Positions 43,452-53,924 of a stretch of 64,000 nucleotides of DNA are shown here, one piece after another. The stretch covers positions 128,001-192,000 of the forward strand of contig CAXXUA010000013.1 in NCBI GenBank assembly GCA_963663765.2. The letters run 5' to 3'. This DNA is from Candidatus Poribacteria bacterium. Its GTDB lineage: Bacteria; Poribacteria; WGA-4E; WGA-3G. The stretch's first letter is position 1. Every line of letters starts with the position of its first letter. The notes beneath the pieces are model-generated. The model searched no databases. It had not been told where the DNA came from and saw only the letters and a list, made by a program, of their open reading frames with translations. The position numbers and the translations under genes are program-made.

Positions 43452-43480
43452 TTGTCAATATGTCTCATCTATGATATACT
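43452..43480 (+). promoter_or_regulatory. Sigma70-type promoter of tatAC
   Basis: TTGTCA-17 bp-TATACT with a TGn extension. Confidence 0.6.
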
Positions 43481-43528
43481 TTTAATTATGTGAATCAGCC
43501 AGATCTCATTAAAGGAGGAACTAAGACC

Positions 43529-43753
43529 ATGGGACCAGGTGGTATGGAAATATTTTTAATCCTCGTTATTGCTTTGGTAGTTTTTGGTCCAAAAAAGTTA
43601 CCTGAAATGGGAAAGTCTTTGGGTAAAGCAATCCGGGAATTTAAAAGTGCAGGTGATGAAATCAAAGATGAAATTACTAAAGCTGCAGATGAGATGGATA
43701 AAGATGATGATGATAATGACGATAAAACGATTAAACCGCCGAAATCAACATAA
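43529..43753 (+). CDS. tatA: Twin-arginine translocase TatA
   Basis: AAGGAGG RBS; EIFLILVIALVVFGPKKLPEMGKSLGKAIREFK. Confidence 0.95.
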   Translation: MGPGGMEIFLILVIALVVFGPKKLPEMGKSLGKAIREFKSAGDEIKDEITKAADEMDKDDDDNDDKTIKPPKST

Positions 43754-43773
43754 ACTCTGGAGGAAATTCACTT

Positions 43774-44595
43774 ATGAAATCTGATGATGTGGCAATGACA
43801 TTCTGGCAACATCTTGAGGAACTTAGACGGCGTATAATCATCTCGTTTATAGCTTTAGGAGTATTTGCCATTGTAGGTTTGGTTTTTAGTAAACCTATAA
43901 TATATATACTTGAACTCCCGTTGAAGAGTCCTATCACTAACATGATTGCAAGCGCAATTGAGGCAGGTGCTGACACAGAAGGATCAACATTTGGGTTCTT
44001 AGCATTAGCACTAAGAACAGGATCATCAGGTGTTGAAACTGAACTCATACTCACAGGACCTTTTCAAGCAATAATGGCTTATCTGACAATTGGTATCACT
44101 ATTGGTATAGTATTGGCACTGCCGATAATCCTCTATCAGATTTGGATGTTTGTTTTTCCTGCATTAAATAGAAAAGAACAACGTATAGCAATTCCACTGT
44201 TTGTTACCATCATCTTTTTCTTTTTACTCGGTGCACTTTTTTCTTATTTTATCGTAGTTCCCGTTGTTTTGCAATTCGCAGCAGGTCTGTTTCCAGACTT
44301 TAAAAACCTTTGGGATTTAAAATTTTATATAACCTTTGTTGCGCAGTTAATTTTAGGCTTTGGTATTGCATTTGAATTACCCATTGTAATGGCGTTTCTT
44401 GCACGAATTGGTGTTATTGACTCACGTGGATTTCAGGGGAAGCAAAAATTTGCACTAATGGGTATCTGTGTAATGTCTGCCCTACTAACTCCCGCTGATC
44501 CAGGATCAATGCTACTAATGGCAATCCCACTCTATATTTTATATCAACTCGGAATATTCTTTGCATTTCTTGTTGAAAAGGAGGCTGAAACATAA
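43774..44595 (+). CDS. tatC: Twin-arginine translocase TatC
   Basis: HLEELRRR, YQIWMFVFPAL, FGIAFELP, LTPADP. Confidence 0.96.
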   Translation: MKSDDVAMTFWQHLEELRRRIIISFIALGVFAIVGLVFSKPIIYILELPLKSPITNMIASAIEAGADTEGSTFGFLALALRTGSSGVETELILTGPFQAIMAYLTIGITIGIVLALPIILYQIWMFVFPALNRKEQRIAIPLFVTIIFFFLLGALFSYFIVVPVVLQFAAGLFPDFKNLWDLKFYITFVAQLILGFGIAFELPIVMAFLARIGVIDSRGFQGKQKFALMGICVMSALLTPADPGSMLLMAIPLYILYQLGIFFAFLVEKEAET

Positions 44596-45338
44596 TGTCA
44601 AATGAAACCCTAAGGCAGCAACTCGCTTTACTCTACAAACTTCAGGAACATGACAGAGAGTTGTTGTCAATCCACAGACGGTTTCAAGCGATTCCACGAC
44701 ACATCAAACAGTTAGAAGCAAACGTAACACAACATAATGATAATTTAAACGCAAAATCGGATGAACTTTCAGAAGTAGAAAAATCTCTTCGATCTAAGAA
44801 TGCTGACTTAGAAATGAATGAGGTACAGCGTGAAAAATATAAAACAGAACAACGGGAAGTCACCACGAATGACGCCTATTCTGCGCTTGAAAAACAGATA
44901 GAATTTCTTGATGATAAAGATGCCGATACAGAGATAGAAATATTAGAACTCTTAGAAACCGCAGATCAACTGAAGGAGGAATTGAAAAAACTTGAAGCAG
45001 AAGTGTCAGACGAAAACGATAAAATTAACGAACAAAAAACCCAGTTTCGTAAAGAACAGAAAGAACTAAAAGCAAGTATAGATGCAAAAATGGAGCAACG
45101 TTCCAAGTTCTTACCAAAAATTGATAAGCAACTCGGTATTCTATACAGCAGGTGGATGGAACGTCAGAAAGGAGATTTTGTAGCATTGGGTAAGAATGGT
45201 ACATGTGGAAGTTGTCAGTTGACAATCCAACCTCAAAATCTAAAGGAGGCGCAAAATTACGATAAACTGGTATATTGTGCAAATTGTAAACGAGCCCTAT
45301 ATGTTGAGCCGCTTTCATCAGAAATTCCATATCCATAA
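44595..45338 (+). CDS. Coiled-coil protein with C4 zinc ribbon (DUF164/CT398-like)
   Basis: Long coiled coil plus CGSC...CANCKRALY. Confidence 0.85.
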   Translation: MSNETLRQQLALLYKLQEHDRELLSIHRRFQAIPRHIKQLEANVTQHNDNLNAKSDELSEVEKSLRSKNADLEMNEVQREKYKTEQREVTTNDAYSALEKQIEFLDDKDADTEIEILELLETADQLKEELKKLEAEVSDENDKINEQKTQFRKEQKELKASIDAKMEQRSKFLPKIDKQLGILYSRWMERQKGDFVALGKNGTCGSCQLTIQPQNLKEAQNYDKLVYCANCKRALYVEPLSSEIPYP

Positions 45339-45389
45339 TACAACCATGAGGAACAAAGTCAAATCTGAAAAATATACGGAGCAGTTTCA

Positions 45390-45716
45390 ATGCCTTTTTT
45401 GGATATAAAAGATCAACCAGAAAAACAGGTATTTGATGGTGTAACTATACAAACTATCCATGGTGAAAAACTTATGATGTCGTATGTGCATTTACAACCC
45501 TATAGCGTTGTTGCGGAGCACAGTCATAGACATGAACAGATGGGAATTGTAATAGAAGGATCGTTTGAATTGACTATTGATGGTGAAACTCAAATATTAC
45601 ATAAAGGGAATACATACCTAATTCCATCTCATGTGAAACACAGTGCGAAAGCTTATGACAAAAAGGCAATTGCCCTTGACATCTTTAGCCCACCACGGGA
45701 AGATTATATATCTTGA
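45390..45716 (+). CDS. Cupin domain protein
   Basis: HSHRHEQ...IPSHVKH...DIFSPPREDY. Confidence 0.88.
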   Translation: MPFLDIKDQPEKQVFDGVTIQTIHGEKLMMSYVHLQPYSVVAEHSHRHEQMGIVIEGSFELTIDGETQILHKGNTYLIPSHVKHSAKAYDKKAIALDIFSPPREDYIS

Positions 45717-46492
45717 GAGACAAGTTGTATTACAATATCTCTGAGTTAACTCAAACTGGATTGGTCAAAGCAGGAATCAGTCTACGTTCAGGAGGAGTAA
45801 GTATTCCCCCCTATGATACGCTTAACTTAGCAACACATGTCGGAGACGATCCAAAAGCTGTATCCCAAAATCAACGTGTTTTCTCAGTTCAAGCAGGCAT
45901 CAAGTCTATAAAATACTGTAAGCAAATACACAGTGATACTGTAATAGATGCTACTACTATTGCACCGTTAGAATGGTACCAAGAAGCGATTAGTAAAATC
46001 CATAAGACGGGAGATGCACTAATTTCATCAACTCAGAATGACACTATTGGTATATTTACCGCTGATTGCATTCCAATTTATATATTGGATAAAAAAACAC
46101 CCGCTATAGGTATTGCACATGCAGGTTGGCGTGGCACATTAGACCTTATCGCAACAAAAACATTAGCACAAATGGAAAGAAAATTTGGTACAATCAAAAA
46201 GAATTGCATTGTCCATTTAGGTGCTTCAATAAAAAAATGTTGTTATCAGGTTAGTTCAGACTTGAAATTCAAGTTTAAAGAACATTTTGGTAATTCTGTA
46301 CATAATGGAGATCGCATAAGTTTGCAAATCGCCAACAGAATTCAATTAGTTGATTTTGGTGTACATCCAAAAGCCATTTCAAATTCTCCCTATTGCACTG
46401 CCTGTAACACAGATAAATTTTTTTCCTATCGTGCTGAATCGGGACAGACAGGTAGAATGCTGTCTTTCATTCAACTCACACGAAATATGTAA
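45713..46492 (+). CDS. pgeF: PgeF/YfiH family (purine nucleoside phosphorylase / peptidoglycan editing factor)
   Basis: LNLATHVGDD, QIHS, TADCIP, AHAGWRG, FFSYR. Confidence 0.92.
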   Translation: MRDKLYYNISELTQTGLVKAGISLRSGGVSIPPYDTLNLATHVGDDPKAVSQNQRVFSVQAGIKSIKYCKQIHSDTVIDATTIAPLEWYQEAISKIHKTGDALISSTQNDTIGIFTADCIPIYILDKKTPAIGIAHAGWRGTLDLIATKTLAQMERKFGTIKKNCIVHLGASIKKCCYQVSSDLKFKFKEHFGNSVHNGDRISLQIANRIQLVDFGVHPKAISNSPYCTACNTDKFFSYRAESGQTGRMLSFIQLTRNM

Positions 46493-46559
46493 CTCTTCCA
46501 TCTCAGTTATACAAACACTTTTAAGGCATATTCAGCACACTCCTACCTTCTAAACAAAT

Positions 46560-46588
46560 TTGCATTGACGTGAAATAAATGGTATCAT
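46560..46588 (+). promoter_or_regulatory. Sigma70-type promoter
   Basis: TTGCAT-17 bp-TATCAT with a TGn extension. Confidence 0.5.
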
Positions 46589-46609
46589 TTAAAGTGTAAG
46601 GTAATCACC

Positions 46610-46972
46610 TTGCATTGTTACACAGCGAGAATAAGCATGCGTTCTCTATGTATAATATTATCAACTTTGACAGTATTGATAGGTCTCATCTTTATAATTT
46701 GGGGATGTATTCATCCAGCGAAATACAATAAGGAATTGTCAAAAGAAACTACTACTGCAGTACGGGTCACACAGGTCTATACTGAGGCAACCTATTATGT
46801 AACTGTCGGAATTGGAATGATCAGTTTAGGCTTACTGGTTTCTCTCATCGGGTTACTGATAACGACAAACAATGAAACCAATCTTTTTTCACGACTTTTC
46901 AGTTTTATAGGCATGTATTCAATAAAAAACGATGATGAGAGTCAACCTGATCAAGAGGAGCAAAATGATTGA
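46610..46972 (+). CDS. Hypothetical two-TM membrane protein
   Basis: Two hydrophobic segments; overlaps the yggS start. True start probably ATG 46637. Confidence 0.65.
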   Translation: MHCYTARISMRSLCIILSTLTVLIGLIFIIWGCIHPAKYNKELSKETTTAVRVTQVYTEATYYVTVGIGMISLGLLVSLIGLLITTNNETNLFSRLFSFIGMYSIKNDDESQPDQEEQND

Positions 46973-47667
46973 ATCAAATTGCTGAAAACTTTACCTTAGT
47001 TATGGAGCGAATTGCCTTGGCTGCTAAACGAAGTGGTCGTTCTCCTCATTCAGTAAAGCTTGTCGCAGTTACAAAAGGTGTTTCATTCACAGACATACAG
47101 ACGGCACTTGATTCCGGTGCAAACATTTTAGGTGAAAATCGAGTGCAAGAGGCACAACAAAAATATGAAGAACTTAATTCTTCAGACATACCTCAACTTT
47201 GGGAATGGCATCTAATCGGTCACTTGCAACGGAATAAAGTGAAATCAGCACTACCGATGTTTTCCTTAATCCATTCTGTGGATAGTTTACGACTTCTGAA
47301 GGAAATCTCCCGACGTTCAGAAGAATGGGATAAGGTTACAGATTTATTATTACAAGTAAATACAACCGGAGAAACAAGTAAATTTGGATTAGTACCACAT
47401 GAGATTCTCAACTTCATAGAAACATCACTCCCCTATCCAAATGTAAGGATACAGGGATTAATGACGATGGGAAAATTAAGTGATACACCCCAAGAAAATC
47501 GTCCTGCCTTTGAGTTATTAAGAAACTTTGCAGAAAAGGTAAAAAAACAGAATTATCCAGATGTCACCATGAAGTTCCTTTCTATGGGAATGACAAACGA
47601 TTATGAAGTTGCAATTGAAGAAGGTGCGAATCTCGTTAGAATTGGAAGAGCAATTTTCTGTTCATAA
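46969..47667 (+). CDS. yggS: PLP homeostasis protein YggS
   Basis: LVAVTK, GENRVQE, WHLIGHLQRNK, LSMGMTND, VRIGRAIF. Confidence 0.96.
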   Translation: MNQIAENFTLVMERIALAAKRSGRSPHSVKLVAVTKGVSFTDIQTALDSGANILGENRVQEAQQKYEELNSSDIPQLWEWHLIGHLQRNKVKSALPMFSLIHSVDSLRLLKEISRRSEEWDKVTDLLLQVNTTGETSKFGLVPHEILNFIETSLPYPNVRIQGLMTMGKLSDTPQENRPAFELLRNFAEKVKKQNYPDVTMKFLSMGMTNDYEVAIEEGANLVRIGRAIFCS

Positions 47668-47685
47668 ATACACAATGTCAATTCT

Positions 47686-48531
47686 TTGTGGCAAGATACT
47701 GTTAGGAGATGTATAGTGGTAAAGAATGTAAAATTGGGTGTAATCGGAGTGGGAAAAATGGGTGGGATCATTGTTCGGAGTATAGTTGACCGCCTATTCC
47801 CTGCTGAACAAGTTTGGATAACCGATCTTGATAAAGCCCTTGTTGCAAAGCTCTGTGATGAAAAAAGTGTGAAATCTACTCAAGATATTTCGGAATTAGT
47901 TGAAAAGACTGATGTAATATTTTGTGCTGTACCCCCAATTGCAGTACCACATTTACTACCCCAAGTTGCTCGTAATCTGAAAACACACCAATGGATAATC
48001 AGTATAGCTGCAGGTGTTAGGACTGAATCACTTGAATCCTTTTTTGATACTCCACCACCGATTGTACGTGTGATGCCAAATATTGCTGCTTCAGTACAAG
48101 CAGCAATTTCTGTGTTAACGCCTGGGAGTTTTGCGAATGATGAACATCTCAACATAACACAGCAGATCTTTAATACATGCGGTACTACATTAATTTTAGA
48201 TGAACGACACCTAAATGCTGTGACAGGTGTTAGTGGTAGTGGACCAGCGTATGTTGCACTATTTATAGAAGCATTAGCGGATGCGGGTGTGTTTGTTGGT
48301 CTAACACGAAAGGACGCACAAGTATTGGCAACACATACAGTGTTGGGTGCTGCGACGATGTTAGCACAATCTGAAGAACATCCAGCTGTTCTCAAAAACC
48401 GTGTTACAACCCCAGGAGGAACAACTGCCGCCGGACTCCATGCACTGGAACAAGGAGGTATACGCGCAACACTAACCAAAGCGATAATTGCTGCAACCGA
48501 ACGTGCAAAGCAACTTGACACTAAAGGATAG
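47686..48531 (+). CDS. proC: Pyrroline-5-carboxylate reductase
   Basis: GVGKMG, SIAAGV, RVMPN, SGSGPAY, VTTPGGTT. Confidence 0.96.
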   Translation: MWQDTVRRCIVVKNVKLGVIGVGKMGGIIVRSIVDRLFPAEQVWITDLDKALVAKLCDEKSVKSTQDISELVEKTDVIFCAVPPIAVPHLLPQVARNLKTHQWIISIAAGVRTESLESFFDTPPPIVRVMPNIAASVQAAISVLTPGSFANDEHLNITQQIFNTCGTTLILDERHLNAVTGVSGSGPAYVALFIEALADAGVFVGLTRKDAQVLATHTVLGAATMLAQSEEHPAVLKNRVTTPGGTTAAGLHALEQGGIRATLTKAIIAATERAKQLDTKG

Positions 48532-48548
48532 GAAGGGATAAGACCATA

Positions 48549-48815
48549 ATGCAGATTGTTGCAGAATTACTTAGCAAAGCAATTGATATCTACATGTTTA
48601 TTGTTCTCGTCAATGTTCTACTTTCATGGGTTGTGTTTGGTATTCAGAATACATTCGTTCGACAAATCTATACGTTTACGGGTCAAGTTGTAGATCCTGT
48701 ACTGCAACCAATACGTAGCGTCTTAAATCCTGTTAGTCGAAATATTGGGATTGATTTTTCGCCGATTGTATTATTGATTTTGCTTCACACACTAAACAAG
48801 ATGCTAATATCATAA
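48549..48815 (+). CDS. yggT: YggT family membrane protein
   Basis: VLLSWV...DPVLQPIR...GIDFSPIV; follows yggS-proC. Confidence 0.9.
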   Translation: MQIVAELLSKAIDIYMFIVLVNVLLSWVVFGIQNTFVRQIYTFTGQVVDPVLQPIRSVLNPVSRNIGIDFSPIVLLILLHTLNKMLIS

Positions 48816-48884
48816 AGTATCACCATTGTTATTGTTATTTAATCCTTGAAATAGTTTATATTAGTATAAGACATAATAACAGAA

Positions 48885-51485
48885 ATGACATTTAGTATTA
48901 TGAAACAGACAAATTCTTCAACCAATAAGGCAACTACTAAACTTTCAGAGAAAATACCAAATAACAAAAAGGGAAAAGAAAATCCCTCAAGCAACATAAG
49001 ACCTAATTCAATGGAAGCTGGAATTCTAAAATTGTGGGCATCCAGAAAGGTGTTTAAAATTGCTGAAAAAACGAAGGAATTACCCACTTTTGTTATTAGA
49101 GAGATGCCGATCCCTGTAGATTCGCTAAATGGTAATACTCTTAAGAGTAAAATCTCGCAAGATATCTTTCTAAAGTACGAAATTATTCATGGAAACACAG
49201 TTGCTTATGCCCCAATATGGGAAACATTTCCCTTCAGTATAGAGGTTGATATAATTAAGAAAGATATCCATACATCTTCACGTAACATCGTAAATTTTAG
49301 GAAACAATGTAGACAGTTATACAGTAAACAGTTGAAATCACAAATGAATCGTTTGCAGAAACTTGGAATATTTGCAGATTGGACCACCGCTGAAAAAACA
49401 TTAGAGGCACGCTATGAAACCAAACTCTTTAGTTTTTTTGATAGAATGCGAGACTCAAGATTCCTACGCGATGAACTGAAACTCAGTCATTGGTGTCCAC
49501 AATGTATATCACCTTTAGAAGCTGGTAAAACCGCTAAACCTATAACTACTAATGCACAATTTACTTATGTAAAATTCCCTCTAAATAGCGGATTTGAAGA
49601 ATTCGGTGTAGAAGTCTATTTTGCAATGGGACTGCCATCTTCTCAATTATGGGAAATCGCTGGAACAATTGCAATTGGAATTTATGAAAAAACTCAGTTT
49701 TATCTTATAGAATGGGAAGACCAATATCTTATAATAGCTGAACCACAACTAAAGAATTTTTTTAATCAAGATGTAAAAAAGAAGAAAAAGACAAAAACCA
49801 ACAAAAAACAGCTATTAAAATTTAATGCTTGTCTTTTAAAAGACTGCACGCTTTCACATCCATTATATTCACTACCAGATCTGCACTTTTTTGTTATACC
49901 TGAGGAAATAATTGACAGCATTTCCAACTCCTCTGAAAAACAGGAATTAATGAATGGAATTGTTCATTTGAACCCTGCACATCATGTATTGAGTTATAAC
50001 ATCTGTAATAAATTGTCTGAAATCAGAGAATCCATTCATACAAGATTTGAGTCTTCATCTTCTTTCACACCAATATTTGATGAAGTTGGACGTTTTACTG
50101 AGGAAGCAGACACATTGTGTGGAATAAATTTAAACAATGCAATGCAGTATATCACGGATGAATTGGAAGCACGCGATTGTCTTATTAGAACGAATAAACA
50201 AGAGATTGAACAACTTCAGTGTGAACACTGTGATGGTTTATCTGTCTCTCGACCTTACCGTCACTGGGTTTTTTCAGCCACTTCTACTGATATTGTTGAA
50301 GAGGTTACAACGTCACCAGAATATTGGGAACACTACAACGACAACTTACGCGATGAAATTAAGACACAAGTCCTCAATATCTCTGATATGCAGATTTCTT
50401 CTCAGCGACAGTGGGGTATCCCTTTCCCAATTCTTCGATGTGACAATTGCAACCATCTCATTACAGACAAAAAGATTCTACGAGCTGTGAGAAGTTCCAT
50501 CCGAAGAGGTTCTGAACACTGGTTTAGACTCAGTGTAGAAGAACTACTTCCAACAGATACTCAGTGTGAAAACTGTCACTCAAAAGATTTTAGAAAAGAA
50601 TCAACTTATATTGAGAGTCATTTCGCTAACTTACTACAAACGCTTGACATCTCAGACTTTAAAAAGTCTTCAATAGATACGACAACTAATGTTGTCTTTG
50701 CACCACGATCAGCTTTCTTGAAATGGTTAGGGGAATTAAGTGTATTATCCGCATCATTACAACTCAGTCGTCCATCTAAAGAAAGTCATCCTTTTAAGCA
50801 TCTGAATCTTAATAGTTTTGACGATTGCAACTGGGATCCAGAAATTGAGGATAAATACTTAGAGGAATATCCAGCAGATGTAATCAGACTATTCTCCGTT
50901 TCAACAGATTTATGTCAAGTACCTTCTGAAGTTGACAAAACACAAACACTTCAAGAGATAATTGATCATACTAATAAAAAATATAATAAACTAAGAATTG
51001 TTTTAGATCAGGTTGTTGCATACAAGAACAATCAAAATAAAAAACCTGATTCCAATAACGATTTATTTTTATCAGATCTGTCAAATGAAAATGCTGCAGA
51101 CACCTTAAGTGAGCATGACATTCTTATAATCACAATGACCAATCAACTGCTTCGTGACATACAGGACGTTTACAAAAAAAGAGATTTCTTTATGATGTGG
51201 CGGATGATTTCAGACTTTTGTGAAATAGATCTATTGGTGTATATTGACTTATGCCAAGAAAATGATTCAGATTCTGCGAATATTGTACTTCCAGTGATAT
51301 TCAAAGTCATTCTTCAATACTTAGCGCCAATTTTGCCTTTTTTAGCTGAACAGACATACACAAAGGGTTATTCTGCATCAAACAGTATTTTTGAAGAAAA
51401 ACTGGAGTGTCTACCACAAATCTTTGCTGATGAAAAGTCAATAGAAGTGTGGGATCTGTTTAGGAACAAGAAAAGTTCAAAGTAA
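48885..51485 (+). CDS. Isoleucyl-tRNA synthetase homologue lacking HIGH, KMSKS and editing motifs (predicted catalytically inactive)
   Basis: IleRS scaffold retained (LGIFADW, HWCPQC, YVKFP, GIVH.P.H, GRFTE, ISSQRQWGIP, ADVIRL, LAPILPFLAE) and in ileS-lspA synteny, but the catalytic motifs are replaced. Confidence 0.85.
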   Translation: MTFSIMKQTNSSTNKATTKLSEKIPNNKKGKENPSSNIRPNSMEAGILKLWASRKVFKIAEKTKELPTFVIREMPIPVDSLNGNTLKSKISQDIFLKYEIIHGNTVAYAPIWETFPFSIEVDIIKKDIHTSSRNIVNFRKQCRQLYSKQLKSQMNRLQKLGIFADWTTAEKTLEARYETKLFSFFDRMRDSRFLRDELKLSHWCPQCISPLEAGKTAKPITTNAQFTYVKFPLNSGFEEFGVEVYFAMGLPSSQLWEIAGTIAIGIYEKTQFYLIEWEDQYLIIAEPQLKNFFNQDVKKKKKTKTNKKQLLKFNACLLKDCTLSHPLYSLPDLHFFVIPEEIIDSISNSSEKQELMNGIVHLNPAHHVLSYNICNKLSEIRESIHTRFESSSSFTPIFDEVGRFTEEADTLCGINLNNAMQYITDELEARDCLIRTNKQEIEQLQCEHCDGLSVSRPYRHWVFSATSTDIVEEVTTSPEYWEHYNDNLRDEIKTQVLNISDMQISSQRQWGIPFPILRCDNCNHLITDKKILRAVRSSIRRGSEHWFRLSVEELLPTDTQCENCHSKDFRKESTYIESHFANLLQTLDISDFKKSSIDTTTNVVFAPRSAFLKWLGELSVLSASLQLSRPSKESHPFKHLNLNSFDDCNWDPEIEDKYLEEYPADVIRLFSVSTDLCQVPSEVDKTQTLQEIIDHTNKKYNKLRIVLDQVVAYKNNQNKKPDSNNDLFLSDLSNENAADTLSEHDILIITMTNQLLRDIQDVYKKRDFFMMWRMISDFCEIDLLVYIDLCQENDSDSANIVLPVIFKVILQYLAPILPFLAEQTYTKGYSASNSIFEEKLECLPQIFADEKSIEVWDLFRNKKSSK

Positions 51486-51510
51486 CAACTTAAACGGTAT
51501 TAATAAGTAA

Positions 51511-52005
51511 GTGACAAACCTAACACAGTACTTTAAAAAGGCTATACCGCTGTTCGTTGTAGCAGTACCAATGTTGACGCTGGATATCCTAACTAAATGG
51601 ATTGTACGCGAGAACATACAATTGGATGACAGCATATCAGTCATCAACGGTTTTTTTTATCTCAGTCATCATAGAAACTCTGGTGCAGCATTTGGTATTC
51701 TGGCAAATCAACGGACTTTGCTTGTATTAGTAACTATCGCTGCACTTATCTTTATTTTTTTGTATTCAAATCGTTATAGAAACAGTAAATGGGTACAGAC
51801 GGCACTCGGTTTTGTTCTTGGAGGTGCAGTAGGTAACTTTCTTGACAGACTATTTTTGGGAGAAGTTGTTGACTTTCTTCAGTTTGGCATTGAAAGTAAG
51901 AATCTGTTTTGGCCCACTTTTAATGTAGCCGATGTCAGTGTTTGCATAGGGGCAGGCATGCTTATCGTTTACCTTTTCCGTCAGCAAAATCAGGGAACAA
52001 ATTGA
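51511..52005 (+). CDS. lspA: Lipoprotein signal peptidase II
   Basis: DILTK, NSGAAFG, GGAVGNFLDR, VVDF, FNVAD. Confidence 0.97.
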   Translation: MTNLTQYFKKAIPLFVVAVPMLTLDILTKWIVRENIQLDDSISVINGFFYLSHHRNSGAAFGILANQRTLLVLVTIAALIFIFLYSNRYRNSKWVQTALGFVLGGAVGNFLDRLFLGEVVDFLQFGIESKNLFWPTFNVADVSVCIGAGMLIVYLFRQQNQGTN

Positions 52006-52091
52006 TACAACACTACACACAGCTATTGTAATTCATAAAAGTTTCTAAACTAAATTCAAATATCAAGAAAACTATGGTCAAGGTAGAATAG

Positions 52092-52649
52092 ATGTTATTA
52101 CTTAGAAATTACCTTTGTATTCTGGCAGTTTTTGCTACGATTATAATCACACCTACGATACATGCGCAAGTCAGTCAAGACGATGCGGAAGAATATCATG
52201 AAAGTGCATTGCGACGGTTTGAAATTGTTACATTAAGTTCACTTCCATTTACTGCAATACATAGTTATTTAGGTGTTCGTGGTGTGAGAATGATTCAAGA
52301 CAGCAAAATAGCACCGGTTTTGACCCCGCAAAATTATCGTGTAATGGGTATTTGTGCCGTATCGTTGTCACTATTTATCGGAATTTGGGACTGGTACCAT
52401 ACGCGTGATGTTGACAGGTCAGCACCAAGTATACCGGGGTACAAACCCCCAACACCTCCTTCAGAGGAAGAGTTACCACCGGATGGGACAATCACACAGG
52501 TTACTCCTTATGGACCACATGCAAATGTCCATACCACATCAATGGAATATAGATATTACCCATATTCTACAGAAAACTCACAACTAAATGGGTGGGTAGC
52601 CGAACAAAGTGAAAGTGTTTACATCCCTATTTTACAGATAAGGTTTTGA
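52092..52649 (+). CDS. Hypothetical membrane protein
   Basis: 185-aa ORF with signal peptide, TM segment and Pro-rich linker. Confidence 0.65.
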   Translation: MLLLRNYLCILAVFATIIITPTIHAQVSQDDAEEYHESALRRFEIVTLSSLPFTAIHSYLGVRGVRMIQDSKIAPVLTPQNYRVMGICAVSLSLFIGIWDWYHTRDVDRSAPSIPGYKPPTPPSEEELPPDGTITQVTPYGPHANVHTTSMEYRYYPYSTENSQLNGWVAEQSESVYIPILQIRF

Positions 52650-52650
52650 C

Positions 52651-53879
52651 CTAATGAACTTTGACATTCAAACGGGGTAATGTTATAATGATATAATTCT
52701 AAATATAAGGAGTATATCATGGCAAAACGCAGAGAACTTATTCTTTCAGAAGAAGAAAGACAGAAATTGATTAAATACAGAGATCATCACCCCCGGCCTG
52801 ATGTCAGAGAAAAAGCTGCAGCGTTGTTGAAAGTAAACGATGGTATTCCTGCACACCGGGTTTCAAAAAGTGGGTTACTCAAACGCCGCAAGCCTGATAC
52901 TGTCTACAGATGGTTGAATATTTATGAAGAAGAAGGTTTTGATGAACTCATACAGCGACAACATGGTGGAGCAAGACAACGATTTTCAAAAAAAAAAGAA
53001 GAAGAACTATTAGAACGTGTGCGCCAAGTCCCTGCTGAAGTTATGGATAATGCGAAAGTTGTTTCTACTGATGTGCCTCCCCCAAATCGTTGGACGCTTC
53101 GGACACTACGTGCGAGTCTTGATTGGTTAGAAGGATACAGCCTGAGCGGTGTTCATAGAGTGCTGTCTCGTTGTGGTTTGCGTCTTCGCTCAGGTCGCGT
53201 GCAGCAGTATAGTCCGGATCCTGAGTATAAGGAGAAAGTGTTGCATTTGTGTTCCTGCTTACAGCAGACCATTGGCAATCGTGGTCAACAAGAGTTGGTA
53301 TTTCTGGATGAGATGGGATATACTCGTTGGCCTGAAGCGGGGCGTGTTTGGACACAAGCACCGCCGGAAAGTATTCCTGTGGCAAGTTGTGATGGAAATA
53401 ACCAGCAATGGCGAATTATTGGTGCACTGAATGCGTTGACAGGGCAGGTCTGTTATCTTGATAACTACATTGTAGGACGTGCGAAAGTGATTGAAATGTA
53501 TCAGAAGTTGACACAAGTATATCCACAAGCAGAAATACTTTATGTTGTTCAAGATAACTGGTCTATTCATAAACATCCAGATGTGCTTGATGCGTTATCA
53601 GAGTTACCACAGATCAAGCCTGTTTGGCTACCGACCTATGCACCGTGGTTGAACCCGATTGAGAAGTTGTGGAGATGGCTGCGTGTAGACGTGTTTAAGA
53701 TGCATCGCTTTGCGAGCCAGTGGGAGGAGTTCAGGGCCCGGGTGAACGGATTTCTCGATCAATTTGCAGACGGTTCGGAGGACTTACTCCGTTATATAGG
53801 ACTGAAAGGCAATGGTCTAATAGCAAACGCTTGTAGACCTGTTTAAATATTACCCAACTTGAACGTCAAAGTTCATTAG
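52651..53879 (+). mobile_element. Apparently intact IS630-family element (transposase 52719..53846)
   Basis: TIR CTAATGAACTTTGAC/GTCAAAGTTCATTAG with TA duplication in a CTAG target; FLDE, VQDN..IH, LPTYAPWLNPIEKLW. Confidence 0.93.
52661..52689 (+). promoter_or_regulatory. Perfect sigma70 promoter inside the IS630 left end
   Basis: TTGACA-17 bp-TATAAT with TGn, followed by AAGGAG. Confidence 0.8.
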
Positions 53880-53924
53880 AATACTCTCACTTAATGCAGA
53901 AAACACTAAAGGTAACCTATAAAT

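Noticed and set aside
47880-48521. 213-aa antisense ORF over proC, and similar shadow ORFs over the sulfatases, rpe and the epimerase
   Set aside because: Antisense shadows of well-supported genes, with no motifs or RBS
48885-51485. Functional ileS
   Set aside because: HIGH, KMSKS, GWD, DVWFDSG and editing motifs are all absent, so no gene symbol was assigned
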